Shown piece after piece: positions 22,146-31,471 of a stretch of DNA of 64,000 nucleotides. Source of the DNA: Tolypothrix carrinoi HA7290-LM1 (GTDB taxonomy: Bacteria > Cyanobacteriota > Cyanobacteriia > Cyanobacteriales > Nostocaceae); the NCBI GenBank assembly GCA_019358935.1, contig JAHHIK010000011.1:1-64000 (forward strand), given 5' to 3'. The notes beneath the pieces were generated by a model. That model ran no database searches. It was not told the DNA's origin and saw nothing but the letters and a program-made list of their open reading frames with translations. Numbering within the stretch: position 1 is the first letter of the stretch; each line of letters begins with the position of its first letter. A program made the translations under genes and the position numbers.

Positions 22146-23246
22146 ATGGCTGAATCATACCTGCTGGAGAAATTAAAATCCGTTGAACAAACTTTTAATG
22201 AATTAACCCGTCGGCTTGCCGATCCGGATACTGCCAAAAATCCGGATGAGTATCAAAAAATCGCCAAGTCACGCTCTTCTTTAGAAGAGGTGGTAAATAC
22301 TTATGAAACTTGGAAAACTGCTACTGAAGACTTGACAGGAGCGCGTCAAGTTTACAAAGAAGCAAGTAGCGATCCAGAAATGCAAGAAATGGCAGCACTG
22401 GAAGTCGATGAACTTGAGCAGAAAATCGAATATTTAGAAACTCGCTTGAAGGTGTTGCTGTTACCCCGTGACCCGAATGATGATAAAAACATCATGTTGG
22501 AAATTCGCGCCGGTACTGGTGGCGATGAAGCTAGTATCTGGGCAGGGGATTTGCTGCGGATGTATTCGCGCTATGCTGATAGTCAGAGTTGGAGAGTGAA
22601 GCTGGTAAGTGAGTCTCTCGGTGAGATGGGCGGCTTCAAAGAAGTGATTCTGGAAATTCAGGGTGATAGCGTTTACAGCAAGCTGAAGTTTGAAGCTGGA
22701 GTGCATCGCGTGCAGCGTGTGCCGGCAACCGAAGCTGGGGGGCGAGTTCACACTTCTACAGCGACTGTGGCGATTATGCCAGAGGTGGATGATGTGGAAA
22801 TTCACATCGACCCGAAGGATATTGAAATGACTACAGCTCGTTCTGGTGGTGCTGGTGGACAAAACGTCAACAAGGTGGAAACAGCGGTTGACTTGATGCA
22901 CAAACCTACCGGCATTCGCATTTTCTGTACGGAAGAACGCAGCCAGTTACAAAACAAAGAACGGGCTATGCAAATTCTGCGGGCGAAGTTGTATGAAATC
23001 AAGTTGCGCGAACAACAAGAAGAAGTAACTTCGATGAGGCGATCGCAAGTTGGTACAGGTTCGCGTTCTGAAAAAATTCGCACCTACAACTACAAAGATA
23101 ACCGCGCCACCGACCACCGTCTTGGTCAAAACTATTCGCTTAACCCCGTCTTGGAAGGCGATTTAGAACCACTAATTCAATCTTGTATCTCTCAAGACCA
23201 GCAAGAAAGGTTAGCGGAACTCGCAACTTCCGGCGCTAGTAATTAA
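22146..23246 (+). CDS. prfA: Peptide chain release factor 1
   Basis: '[11 protein letters not shown]', PxT motif 'RVPATE', 'GAGGQNVNK'. Confidence 0.98.
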   Translation: MAESYLLEKLKSVEQTFNELTRRLADPDTAKNPDEYQKIAKSRSSLEEVVNTYETWKTATEDLTGARQVYKEASSDPEMQEMAALEVDELEQKIEYLETRLKVLLLPRDPNDDKNIMLEIRAGTGGDEASIWAGDLLRMYSRYADSQSWRVKLVSESLGEMGGFKEVILEIQGDSVYSKLKFEAGVHRVQRVPATEAGGRVHTSTATVAIMPEVDDVEIHIDPKDIEMTTARSGGAGGQNVNKVETAVDLMHKPTGIRIFCTEERSQLQNKERAMQILRAKLYEIKLREQQEEVTSMRRSQVGTGSRSEKIRTYNYKDNRATDHRLGQNYSLNPVLEGDLEPLIQSCISQDQQERLAELATSGASN

Positions 23247-23312
23247 TGGGGAGTTAGGAGTTAGGAGTTAGGAGTTAGGAGTTACTAATTCCTCATTCCT
23301 CACTCTTAACTC

Positions 23313-23759
23313 CTAATTATATGTAAAAACCGCTTGTAGTGATGTTGCTTTCAATACACACAGGCGGTTTTCTAATGCGGTGTCAAGTGCATCTTCGATT
23401 TCTCGTCCATAATTGTAATAAGCGAATTCATACCGCATGATGCGTTGTAATTTTGTCCATTCCTTCACTGTAGGACAGGTATAAATTAGCTTTTCAACTT
23501 CATTTTGCCAACGCGCAAAAATTCGGTAGCTGAAAAAGCTGCTGCATACACCACCTTGCTCATCCCAATAAGAAATACAAACTTGATGCTTTAGGCAGTG
23601 GATTTTCTTGATTTTCTGGACACGCTGACCTTGGGCTATAAGTGCTTCTTTGGCTTCTGCTGACGAAATGTGCCACAATTGTGGTTTAATTTTATTAGCG
23701 GCTATTAAACTTTGACCTTTGCGGCGATATTGTGTTTTCTTGCGTGTCCAACTAACCAT
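23313..23759 (-). CDS. Hypothetical protein, divergent from the XRE pair
   Basis: 148-aa ORF with a GGGAGGG RBS; no family recognised. Confidence 0.7.
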   Translation of the reverse strand: MVSWTRKKTQYRRKGQSLIAANKIKPQLWHISSAEAKEALIAQGQRVQKIKKIHCLKHQVCISYWDEQGGVCSSFFSYRIFARWQNEVEKLIYTCPTVKEWTKLQRIMRYEFAYYNYGREIEDALDTALENRLCVLKATSLQAVFTYN

Positions 23760-23983
23760 GATGCACCCTCCCTGTTATTGGCAGCAATGCCCATGTGTAA
23801 GCATTGCCATTTAAGCAAATCGAGTTTTTCGTATGAAAGATTACTGTATAAGCCTTCTTGCTGATAAATACCTTAGTATCTTTAGATTATCACTAACAGA
23901 GGCTGCAAGTCAATATTAACTAAGTTTAATGTTAACTAACTGCATACAAACGCGGAAACGTACAAGTAAACTGGTAATTACAG

Positions 23984-24364
23984 TTGAGTAGCCATCAAGC
24001 CGTGAATACAGAGGCTAGAAAGAAACTAATAGAAATAGTCAAAAAAACTCGTGGTACCATGAGTCAGCGAGCGTTTGCTAAACTTTTGGGAGTTTCTACT
24101 ACTGCTGTTCAGTCATGGGAAAGGGGTGACAGCGTTCCAGATACCGAGAATTTGGCAAAAATAGCAGCTCGTGCAAGCTATACCTTAGAGCAGTTACTCG
24201 CCTATTTAGACGGCAAGTCATTACCAGAAAATTCCGAATTTTCAACGATTTTGAAACAAATCAAGTATATGCCTTTGTCTCAAGTCGCTCAGATAGCTCA
24301 AGCTGCTGCGGAGCGATTTGCTTCTGTTGCTGAAGCTTCAGGAGATGAAGCCAAAGCCAGTTGA
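23984..24364 (+). CDS. XRE-family HTH transcriptional regulator (copy 1; likely GTG start at 24002)
   Basis: 'MSQRAFAKLLGVSTTAVQSWERGDSVP' cro/C1 HTH. Confidence 0.9.
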   Translation: MSSHQAVNTEARKKLIEIVKKTRGTMSQRAFAKLLGVSTTAVQSWERGDSVPDTENLAKIAARASYTLEQLLAYLDGKSLPENSEFSTILKQIKYMPLSQVAQIAQAAAERFASVAEASGDEAKAS

Positions 24365-24574
24365 GAAACACAAAAAACGAATCACTCCAGGTACAAAAAC
24401 ATAAATACGAAACTTGTAAGTAGTGAACATTGTTATCTAAGGATTTAAATGAAGATTGCTTTATTAGAACCTTGCTTTTAGCTTATCAATAACAATGAAG
24501 CATGTCAAGGGGCAAGTAAAATTGTAGGTCTTGCTCACTAAACTTATAAGTACAGTTGAGTAGCTACATCAGCA

Positions 24575-24937
24575 GTGAACATAGAAAGCAGAGAAAAACT
24601 GATTGAAATTATCAAATTAGCTCGTGGTTCAATGAGTCAACGAGCTTTTGGCAAGCTTTTGGGGGTTTCTGCTACTGCTGTACAGTTGTGGGAAAAGGGT
24701 GTGAATGTGCCAGACACCGAATATTTGGCTCAAATTGCAACCAGAGCAGGCTATACGTTGGAAGAGTTACTCTGTTGTTTGGAAGGTAAAGCAGTACCAG
24801 AAACCTCAGATTTGAGTGTGATTTTAAGACAAATCAATCATATGCCTTTGTCTCAAGTGGCTCAGATAGTTCAAGCTGCTGCTGCGAGATTGGCTGCTGT
24901 GGCTGAGTCTGCGGGTGATGAAGCGAAAGTTAGTTGA
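24575..24937 (+). CDS. XRE-family HTH transcriptional regulator (copy 2, paralogue of copy 1)
   Basis: 'MSQRAFGKLLGVSATAVQLWEKGVNVP'; colinear with copy 1 along its whole length. Confidence 0.9.
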   Translation: MNIESREKLIEIIKLARGSMSQRAFGKLLGVSATAVQLWEKGVNVPDTEYLAQIATRAGYTLEELLCCLEGKAVPETSDLSVILRQINHMPLSQVAQIVQAAAARLAAVAESAGDEAKVS

Positions 24938-25129
24938 ATTTTTAGGTAATAGCGATCGCCCATTTCATTACAACCACAAATATTCTGCCCAACACAATCG
25001 CTCTGGGTGCGGCTTCGGTGCCTGAGGGAGTGCAAATTTACCAAATATAAAATACCATTTGGATTGATGAATTCATCACAAAGGAATAGTTAAAAATACT
25101 GATTATTCCCCAAGCATCAAAAATCCAAA

Positions 25130-27814
25130 ATGGTAGCAACCACTGAAAGTCTCGATAAGTTTGTTAATTTTTGTAAGCAGCACATCAAAGGCGAAGAAAG
25201 AAAAGAAGCGCAAACGTTTCTAGATCGGTTTTTTCGAGCGTTTGGACATGAGGGAGCGCTAGAAGCGGGAGCGAGTTACGAAGAAGCGATAAAAAAAGGC
25301 AGCAAGAAGGGTAAAACCGGCTTTGCTGATTTGGTGTGGAAACCCCGCGTATTGATTGAGATGAAGAAGCGCGGGGAAGATTTAAGTAAGCATTATTCTC
25401 AGGCTTTTGATTATTGGACGCGGTTAGTACCAAATCGCCCGCGTTATGTGTTGTTGTGCAATTTTGAGGAATTCTGGATTTTTGACTTTGATATTCAACT
25501 AGATACACCCGTAGATGTAATTCCCCTAGAGCAACTGCCAGAAAGGGCAGGAGCCTTTGCATTTATGGAATTACGGGAAAAAACTCCTGTATTTAGAAAT
25601 AATCAGGTAGTGGTCACAGAACGCGCCGCACACCGCATGGGAGAATTGCTGCTGGAATTGGAAAAGCGCAAAATTGAGAAGTTGACAGCGCAGCGGTTTA
25701 TTTTGCAATGCGTGCTAGCGATGTTTGCTGAAGATAGGCAATTATTACCCCGTGATATGTTTATTTCCTGCGTTCAGGATTGCATAAAAAGGGCAAGTTC
25801 TGACGATGTTTTGGGTGGTTTATTTCGGGAAATGAATCAGCCAGGAATTACGCCAGCGGGACGTTATAAAGGCGTAGATTATTTTAACGGCGGTTTATTT
25901 TCGTTGATTCATGGAATTGATTTGACGCGAGAAGAATTGAATTTTTTGGATGTATCAGCGCGGGAAGATTGGAGTAAAGTACGTCCGGCGATTTTCGGCA
26001 ATTTATTTGAAGGGACGGTGGATAAAAAAGAGCGTCATGCACGCGGAATTCACTTTACTTCAGAAGCGGACATTATGAAAATTGTCCGTCCAACTATTAG
26101 TAGATATTGGGAAGAAAGAATTGAAGCGGCAACGACTATTGCAGAACTTTCGGCTTTGCAATTGGAATTGCAAAGTTATCGGGTGTTAGATCCGGCTTGT
26201 GGTTCGGGAAATTTTCTCTACATGGCGTATCAAGAATTAAAGCGAATTGAAATGCTGTTGCTAGATAAAATTGCCCAGCGTCGGAAGTCGGCTAATGAGC
26301 AAATGCAAATGGGATTTGTCACGCCACAACAATTTTATGGGATGGATACAAATCCGTTTGCGGTGGAGTTAGCGCGGGTAACTTTAATGATAGCTCGGAA
26401 GATTGCTATTGATAATTTAAAGTTGACTGAACCGGCTTTGCCTTTGGATAGTTTGGATAATAATATTGTTTGTCAGGATGCGCTTTTTAGTGAATGGCAC
26501 AAAGCGGATGTAATTATAGGTAATCCTCCCTTTTTGGGTGGTAAGAATATAAGAACAGCTTTGGGAGATGACTATATAGATAAGGTTTTTCAACGCTTTG
26601 CGGATGTGAAAGATTCTGTAGATTTTTGTGCTTATTGGTTTAGGTTAGCTCATAATAGCATTGACGAAAAAGGTAGAGCCGGATTAGTTGGGACTAATTC
26701 AGTTAGTCAAGGGAAAAGTAGAATTGCTGCTTTAGATTATATTACTCAAAAGGGTGGCTATATTCATGAAGCTGTTTCTACACAACCTTGGTCGGGTGAG
26801 GCTAAAGTTCATGTTAGTATTGTGAACTGGAGTAAGGAACAGGCGGAAAAATATTATTTAGATAATCAAGTAGTTTTGAGAATAAGTTATTCACTAAAAG
26901 CGACAATTGATGTTTCACAGGCTATTAGATTAAAAGCTAATCTCAATAAATGCTTTCAAGGTGTAATTCCTGTTGGCAAAGGATTTATTGTAACAGAACA
27001 GCAAGTGAAAGATTGGGCAAAGGCTGACTCAGAAAATCAAAAAGTCTGTAAACTTTTATCAGATGCTACAAGTTTAACTGATAATCCTCATGGAAAGCCC
27101 AAGCGATGGATTATTGATTTTAACGATATGAGTGTTGAGGAAGCTAGTGATTATGTTTTACCTTTTGAACACCTGAAAGCGACTGTTAAACTAGAAAGAG
27201 ATAGAAATCGTAGAGAAGTAACCAAAATAAATTGGTGGAGGTTTGGCGAAAAAAGACCAGCAATGAGAGAAGCGATCGCACCTTTATCCTGCTACTTTAA
27301 TATTCCCAGACATTCTAAATGGTTTATTTTTATCCCGGCTAAACCTAACTGGCTACCAGGTGACTCTACAAATGTTGTTGCTGAAGATGATTTCTATATT
27401 CTTGGAATTATCACATCTAAAGTTCATCGTCTTTGGGTTAGAGCTACAAGTTCAACTTTGAAGGAAGACACTCGCTATACTCACAATACGTGCTTTGAAA
27501 CCTTCCCCTTTCCCCAAAAACCTGAGGCTAAATTAGTTAATCAAATTCGCGCCAAAGCTGAAGAACTTCATCAATATCGCACTCAACAAATGTCAGCGAA
27601 ACAGTGGGGAATTACGACGCTGTACAATAAGTTTTTTAATGAGCCAACGAGCCAACTTTATAAACTGCATGAACAGCTTGATAAATTGGTGATGCAAGCT
27701 TACGATTTTAATCCTAACGACGATATTTTAGAGAAGCTGCTGGAATTGAATTTAGAATTAGCCGAAAAAGAGAAACAAGGTAAAACTATTGTAGGTTCTT
27801 CAGCACCCAGTTAA
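25130..27814 (+). CDS. MmeI-like Type IIL/IIG restriction endonuclease-methyltransferase fusion
   Basis: N-terminal PD-(D/E)xK 'FADLVW..LIEMK'; helical spacer 'PAIFGNLFE..ERHARGIHFTSEADI'; motif I 'LDPACGSGNFL'; motif IV 'IGNPPF'; TRD/C-terminal 'RYT..CFETFPFP', 'TLYN'. Confidence 0.9.
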   Translation: MVATTESLDKFVNFCKQHIKGEERKEAQTFLDRFFRAFGHEGALEAGASYEEAIKKGSKKGKTGFADLVWKPRVLIEMKKRGEDLSKHYSQAFDYWTRLVPNRPRYVLLCNFEEFWIFDFDIQLDTPVDVIPLEQLPERAGAFAFMELREKTPVFRNNQVVVTERAAHRMGELLLELEKRKIEKLTAQRFILQCVLAMFAEDRQLLPRDMFISCVQDCIKRASSDDVLGGLFREMNQPGITPAGRYKGVDYFNGGLFSLIHGIDLTREELNFLDVSAREDWSKVRPAIFGNLFEGTVDKKERHARGIHFTSEADIMKIVRPTISRYWEERIEAATTIAELSALQLELQSYRVLDPACGSGNFLYMAYQELKRIEMLLLDKIAQRRKSANEQMQMGFVTPQQFYGMDTNPFAVELARVTLMIARKIAIDNLKLTEPALPLDSLDNNIVCQDALFSEWHKADVIIGNPPFLGGKNIRTALGDDYIDKVFQRFADVKDSVDFCAYWFRLAHNSIDEKGRAGLVGTNSVSQGKSRIAALDYITQKGGYIHEAVSTQPWSGEAKVHVSIVNWSKEQAEKYYLDNQVVLRISYSLKATIDVSQAIRLKANLNKCFQGVIPVGKGFIVTEQQVKDWAKADSENQKVCKLLSDATSLTDNPHGKPKRWIIDFNDMSVEEASDYVLPFEHLKATVKLERDRNRREVTKINWWRFGEKRPAMREAIAPLSCYFNIPRHSKWFIFIPAKPNWLPGDSTNVVAEDDFYILGIITSKVHRLWVRATSSTLKEDTRYTHNTCFETFPFPQKPEAKLVNQIRAKAEELHQYRTQQMSAKQWGITTLYNKFFNEPTSQLYKLHEQLDKLVMQAYDFNPNDDILEKLLELNLELAEKEKQGKTIVGSSAPS

Positions 27815-27916
27815 ATCACAATAACCTCAGCGTTCCTTTGCGCTTAACTTAGCTACAGGAGTGCGTTTCAAACTCAAACCTCAACATTATGCAATATAAT
27901 ACTAAATAACTTTATC

Positions 27917-28732
27917 GTGAAAACCGACAGCATCTTTTATCGCTTATTTCAAGAATTCCCCAGCATCTTCTTTGAACTCATTGGCGAACCTCCAGAAGAA
28001 GCCAATTTATATCAATTTTCGTCAGTTGAAGTTAAACAAACAGCATTCAGAATTGATGGAGTTTTTCTCCCTACCCAAACAGAGGAAAACCCAGTTTACT
28101 TTGTTGAAGTACAATTTCAGCCAGACTCAGAAATTTACTCTCGACTGTTTGCAGAAATATGTTTATATCTTCGTCAAAACAAGCCGGAAAATGATTGGCG
28201 TGCTGTGGTTGTATATCCAACTCAAAGCACAGACACAGGAGATATAAAACATTACCGCGAGTTCTTCAGCAGTCAGCGAGTCAGTCGCATTTATCTAGAT
28301 GAATTAGGCGAAGCTACATCGCTACCAATTGGCATTGCTACTATCAAGTTAGTGATTTCAGATGAAGAGATAGCGATCGCACAAGCAAGGCAGTTAATAG
28401 ACAGAGTTCAGCAAAATGTCGGCGGTGGAATTCCTCAAGAGCAATTATTACAATTAATAGAGACAATCATCGTCTACAAGTTTCCAAGGATGACTAGGGA
28501 GGAAATACAAGCAATGTTTAGTTTAAGTGAGTTAAAGCAAACCAGATTTTATCAGGAAGCCTTCACAGAAGGCAAGGAAGAAGGCAAACGCGAACTTACT
28601 TTAAACGCTGTACGCCAATTTTTGGCATTGGGGTTTAGTTTAGAGCAGATAGCACAAGGCTTAAGTCTAAGTGTTGAGGAAGTAAGACAAATGGCACAAC
28701 AGCAGTCTTCAAATGAGCAAGGCAATAGTTGA
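27917..28732 (+). CDS. Rpn-family (DUF2887) PD-(D/E)xK nuclease / toxin
   Basis: 'MKTDSIFYRLFQ', 'VEVKQTAFRIDGVFLP..YFVEVQFQ', C-terminal 'EEIQAMFSLSELKQTRFYQE..EG.EEG' tail. Confidence 0.9.
   Translation: MKTDSIFYRLFQEFPSIFFELIGEPPEEANLYQFSSVEVKQTAFRIDGVFLPTQTEENPVYFVEVQFQPDSEIYSRLFAEICLYLRQNKPENDWRAVVVYPTQSTDTGDIKHYREFFSSQRVSRIYLDELGEATSLPIGIATIKLVISDEEIAIAQARQLIDRVQQNVGGGIPQEQLLQLIETIIVYKFPRMTREEIQAMFSLSELKQTRFYQEAFTEGKEEGKRELTLNAVRQFLALGFSLEQIAQGLSLSVEEVRQMAQQQSSNEQGNS
28514..28732 (+). CDS. Putative nested in-frame RpnS-like antitoxin (72 aa)
   Basis: Internal GGAGG about 11 nt upstream of an in-frame ATG (MFSLSELKQ..). The same RBS+ATG starts the downstream stand-alone copies. Confidence 0.6.
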   Translation: MFSLSELKQTRFYQEAFTEGKEEGKRELTLNAVRQFLALGFSLEQIAQGLSLSVEEVRQMAQQQSSNEQGNS

Positions 28733-28773
28733 AATCATAACTTGACAACAAGCTTCAAGAGGAAATACAAGCA

Positions 28774-29016
28774 ATGTTTAGTTTAAGTGAGTTAAAGCAA
28801 ACCAGATTTTACCAGGAAGCCTTCACAGAAGGCAAGGAAGAAGGCATAGAACAAGGCAGAGAACAAGGCATAGAACAAGGCAAACGCGAAGTTACTTTAA
28901 ACGCTGTACGCCAATTTTTGGCATTAGGGCTTAGTTTAGAGCAGATAGCACAAGGCTTAAGTCTAAGTCTTGAGGAAGTAAGACAAATGGCACAACAACA
29001 GTCTTCAAACGAGTAA
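28774..29016 (+). CDS. Stand-alone RpnS-like C-terminal module, copy 2 (80 aa)
   Basis: Near-identical to the Rpn C-terminus, with an expanded EQGI/EQGR repeat and an AAGAGG RBS. Confidence 0.75.
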   Translation: MFSLSELKQTRFYQEAFTEGKEEGIEQGREQGIEQGKREVTLNAVRQFLALGLSLEQIAQGLSLSLEEVRQMAQQQSSNE

Positions 29017-29069
29017 GGCAATAGTTGAAATCCTAATTTGACAACAAGCTTCAGGAGGAAATACAGACA

Positions 29070-29271
29070 ATGTTTAGTATAAGTGAGTTCAAGCAAACCA
29101 GATTTTATCAGGAAGCCTTTGTTTGAAGGTAAGGAACAAGGTAGAGAAGAAGGGAAACGCGAAGTTTATTCAAGCGCTGTACGCCGCCTTCTGGCATTAG
29201 GATTTAGTTTAGAGCAGATAGCATTATGCTTAGGCTTGAGTATTGAAGAAGTAACGCAAGCAGCGCAGTAG
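29070..29271 (+). pseudogene. RpnS-like module, copy 3, with a frameshift
   Basis: CAGGAGG RBS; ATG 29070 reads MFSISEFKQTRFYQEAFV*, and the rest (EGKEQGREEGKREVYSSAVRRLLALGFSLEQIA..) is in another frame. Confidence 0.75.
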
Positions 29272-29395
29272 CCTTTGAAAATCTTCTCTTTATGCCAAGA
29301 ATTAATACGAAATATGTAGTTAAATTTTGTTAATATTTGGACACGGCGTAAGCTTCTGCGCCTCTGTACCACCCTCCCTACCCTAGAGACACTGA

Positions 29396-31090
29396 ATGCT
29401 GCGACTTGAACATATCAGTAAAATTTATCCCACAGGCGAAATTCTCAAAGATGTCAACTGGGAAGTCAAAGTTGGCGATCGCATCGGCTTGGTGGGTGTC
29501 AACGGTGCCGGAAAATCTACCCAACTGAAAATCATCGCCGGCGAAATCGAACCCACCGCTGGCGAAATTATTCGTCCGGCTAGCTTACACATAGCTTACC
29601 TCAACCAAGAATTTGAAGTAGACCCCAGCCGTACTGTTAAAGAAGAATTTTGGCGTGCCTTTGTCGAAGCAAACAAAGTTAATGAAGCTTTGTCACAGGT
29701 GCATCGGGAAATGGAAACGGCAACTCCAGACCAGTTAAACAAACTGATCGACAAAATGGATCGTCTCCAAAGGCAGTTTGAAGCACTTGATGGCTATGGA
29801 TTAGAGGCAAAAATTGACAAAATTTTGCCAGAAATGGGTTTTGATGGCGGTGATAGCGATCGCCTGGTAAGTGCTTTCAGTGGCGGTTGGCAAATGCGGA
29901 TGAGTTTGGGTAAAATACTGCTGCAAAAACCCGACTTATTGCTGCTGGACGAACCTACCAACCATCTGGACTTAGAAACCATTGAGTGGTTAGAAAATTA
30001 CCTCAAAGGGCTGACTACCCCGATGGTAATAGTATCTCATGACCGGGAATTTTTAGATCGCCTCTGCACCCAAATTGTAGAAACAGAACGCGGTGTCTCT
30101 AGTTATTACCTCGGCAACTACTCCGCCTACCTGCAACAAAAAGCCGAAAGTCAACAAGCGCAACTTAATGCTTACGAACGTCAGCAGAAAGAACTAGAAA
30201 AACAGCAAACGTTTGTTGACAGATTCCGCGCTAGTGCTACCCGCAGTACCCAAGCAAAAAGCCGCGAAAAACAACTTGAAAAAATTGAACGCATTGAGGC
30301 GCCCGTAGCTGGTGTCAGAACTTTGCACTTCCGCTTTCCCCCCGCACCCCGCAGCGGACGCGAGGTAGTGGAAATTAAAGATTTAACTCATATCTACGAT
30401 GATAAAATTCTCTTTTTAGGCGCAAATCTTTTAATTGAAAGAGGCGATCGCATCGCTTTTCTTGGTCCAAACGGTGCCGGTAAATCTACTCTCCTGCGTT
30501 TGATTACGGGTAGCGAAAAACAGACAGAAGGGACTGTTCACTTAGGCGACCACAACGTTATTCCCGGTTACTTCGAGCAAAATCAAGCCGAAGCTTTGGA
30601 TTTAAAGAAAACTGTCATGGAAACCATCCATGATGAAGTTCCCGACTGGAAAAATGAAGAAGTCCGCACGCTGTTAGGACGCTTTTTGTTTTCTGGGGAC
30701 ACGGTGTTGAAATCTGTGGCTGCATTAAGTGGGGGAGAAAAAGCGCGTTTAGCATTAGCGAAAATGCTTTTACGTCCAGCGAATTTACTCATTTTAGATG
30801 AGCCGACAAACCATCTAGATATCCCAGCAAAAGAAATGCTGGAAGAAGCAATCCAAAATTATGATGGCACTGTAATTGTTGTTTCTCACGACCGTTATTT
30901 TATTTCTCAGGTAGCAAATAAAATCGTCGAAATCCGCGATGGCGAATTCCGCGTCTATCTAGGGGATTATCATTACTATCTCGATAAAATTGCCGAAGAA
31001 AAAGAACAAGCAAGATTAGAAGCGATCGCCGCTGAAAAAGCCGCCAAAAAAGCCGCCAAAGCTGCAAAAGCCGGCGGCAAAAGGAAATGA
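29396..31090 (+). CDS. ABC-F family ATP-binding protein
   Basis: Two ABC cassettes (GVNGAGKST, FSGGW, LDEPTNHLD; GPNGAGKST, LSGGEK), inter-domain linker, no TM segments. Confidence 0.95.
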   Translation: MLRLEHISKIYPTGEILKDVNWEVKVGDRIGLVGVNGAGKSTQLKIIAGEIEPTAGEIIRPASLHIAYLNQEFEVDPSRTVKEEFWRAFVEANKVNEALSQVHREMETATPDQLNKLIDKMDRLQRQFEALDGYGLEAKIDKILPEMGFDGGDSDRLVSAFSGGWQMRMSLGKILLQKPDLLLLDEPTNHLDLETIEWLENYLKGLTTPMVIVSHDREFLDRLCTQIVETERGVSSYYLGNYSAYLQQKAESQQAQLNAYERQQKELEKQQTFVDRFRASATRSTQAKSREKQLEKIERIEAPVAGVRTLHFRFPPAPRSGREVVEIKDLTHIYDDKILFLGANLLIERGDRIAFLGPNGAGKSTLLRLITGSEKQTEGTVHLGDHNVIPGYFEQNQAEALDLKKTVMETIHDEVPDWKNEEVRTLLGRFLFSGDTVLKSVAALSGGEKARLALAKMLLRPANLLILDEPTNHLDIPAKEMLEEAIQNYDGTVIVVSHDRYFISQVANKIVEIRDGEFRVYLGDYHYYLDKIAEEKEQARLEAIAAEKAAKKAAKAAKAGGKRK

Positions 31091-31097
31091 GGGATAG

Positions 31098-31165
31098 TGG
31101 GGCATGGGGCATGGGGCATGGGGCATGGGGCATGGGGCATGGGGCATGGGGCATGGGGCATGGGT
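31098..31165. repeat. STRR heptamer array (GGGGCAT)n
   Basis: About nine tandem GGGGCAT units after the ABC-F stop codon. Confidence 0.9.
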
Positions 31166-31471
31166 AATAATTCTTTCCCTTTCACGCCAGTTCGCCCAAG
31201 TCGGCAGAGCCGCCCAAGCGACTGGCTCCCCTTTACCCAAAACCCTTTTCCCCTCTTCAAAAAGCCCATTAAACAATTGCCCAATGCCCAACAACGCTCC
31301 AACCAACTATTATCCATTAGCACAAAAATTCAGTAAAAGTTATTCAAATTTAAAATATGTAAAAAAATGGTAATTTTGTCATAAATAAACTTAATAAGCA
31401 CAAATTCACTTGCAGCGGTGAGTAGCAGTGGTATCATTCGGGTATTACAAAAAGTAAAGGGCAATTTTATT

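Noticed and set aside
5306..23129. Numerous antisense ORFs of 60-146 aa within ribosomal genes and prfA
   Set aside because: Shadow ORFs of highly conserved coding sequence with no independent evidence
4364..23246. Absence of rpsJ, rpsN, rpmD and rpsD from the S10-spc-alpha cluster
   Set aside because: Normal cyanobacterial operon organisation
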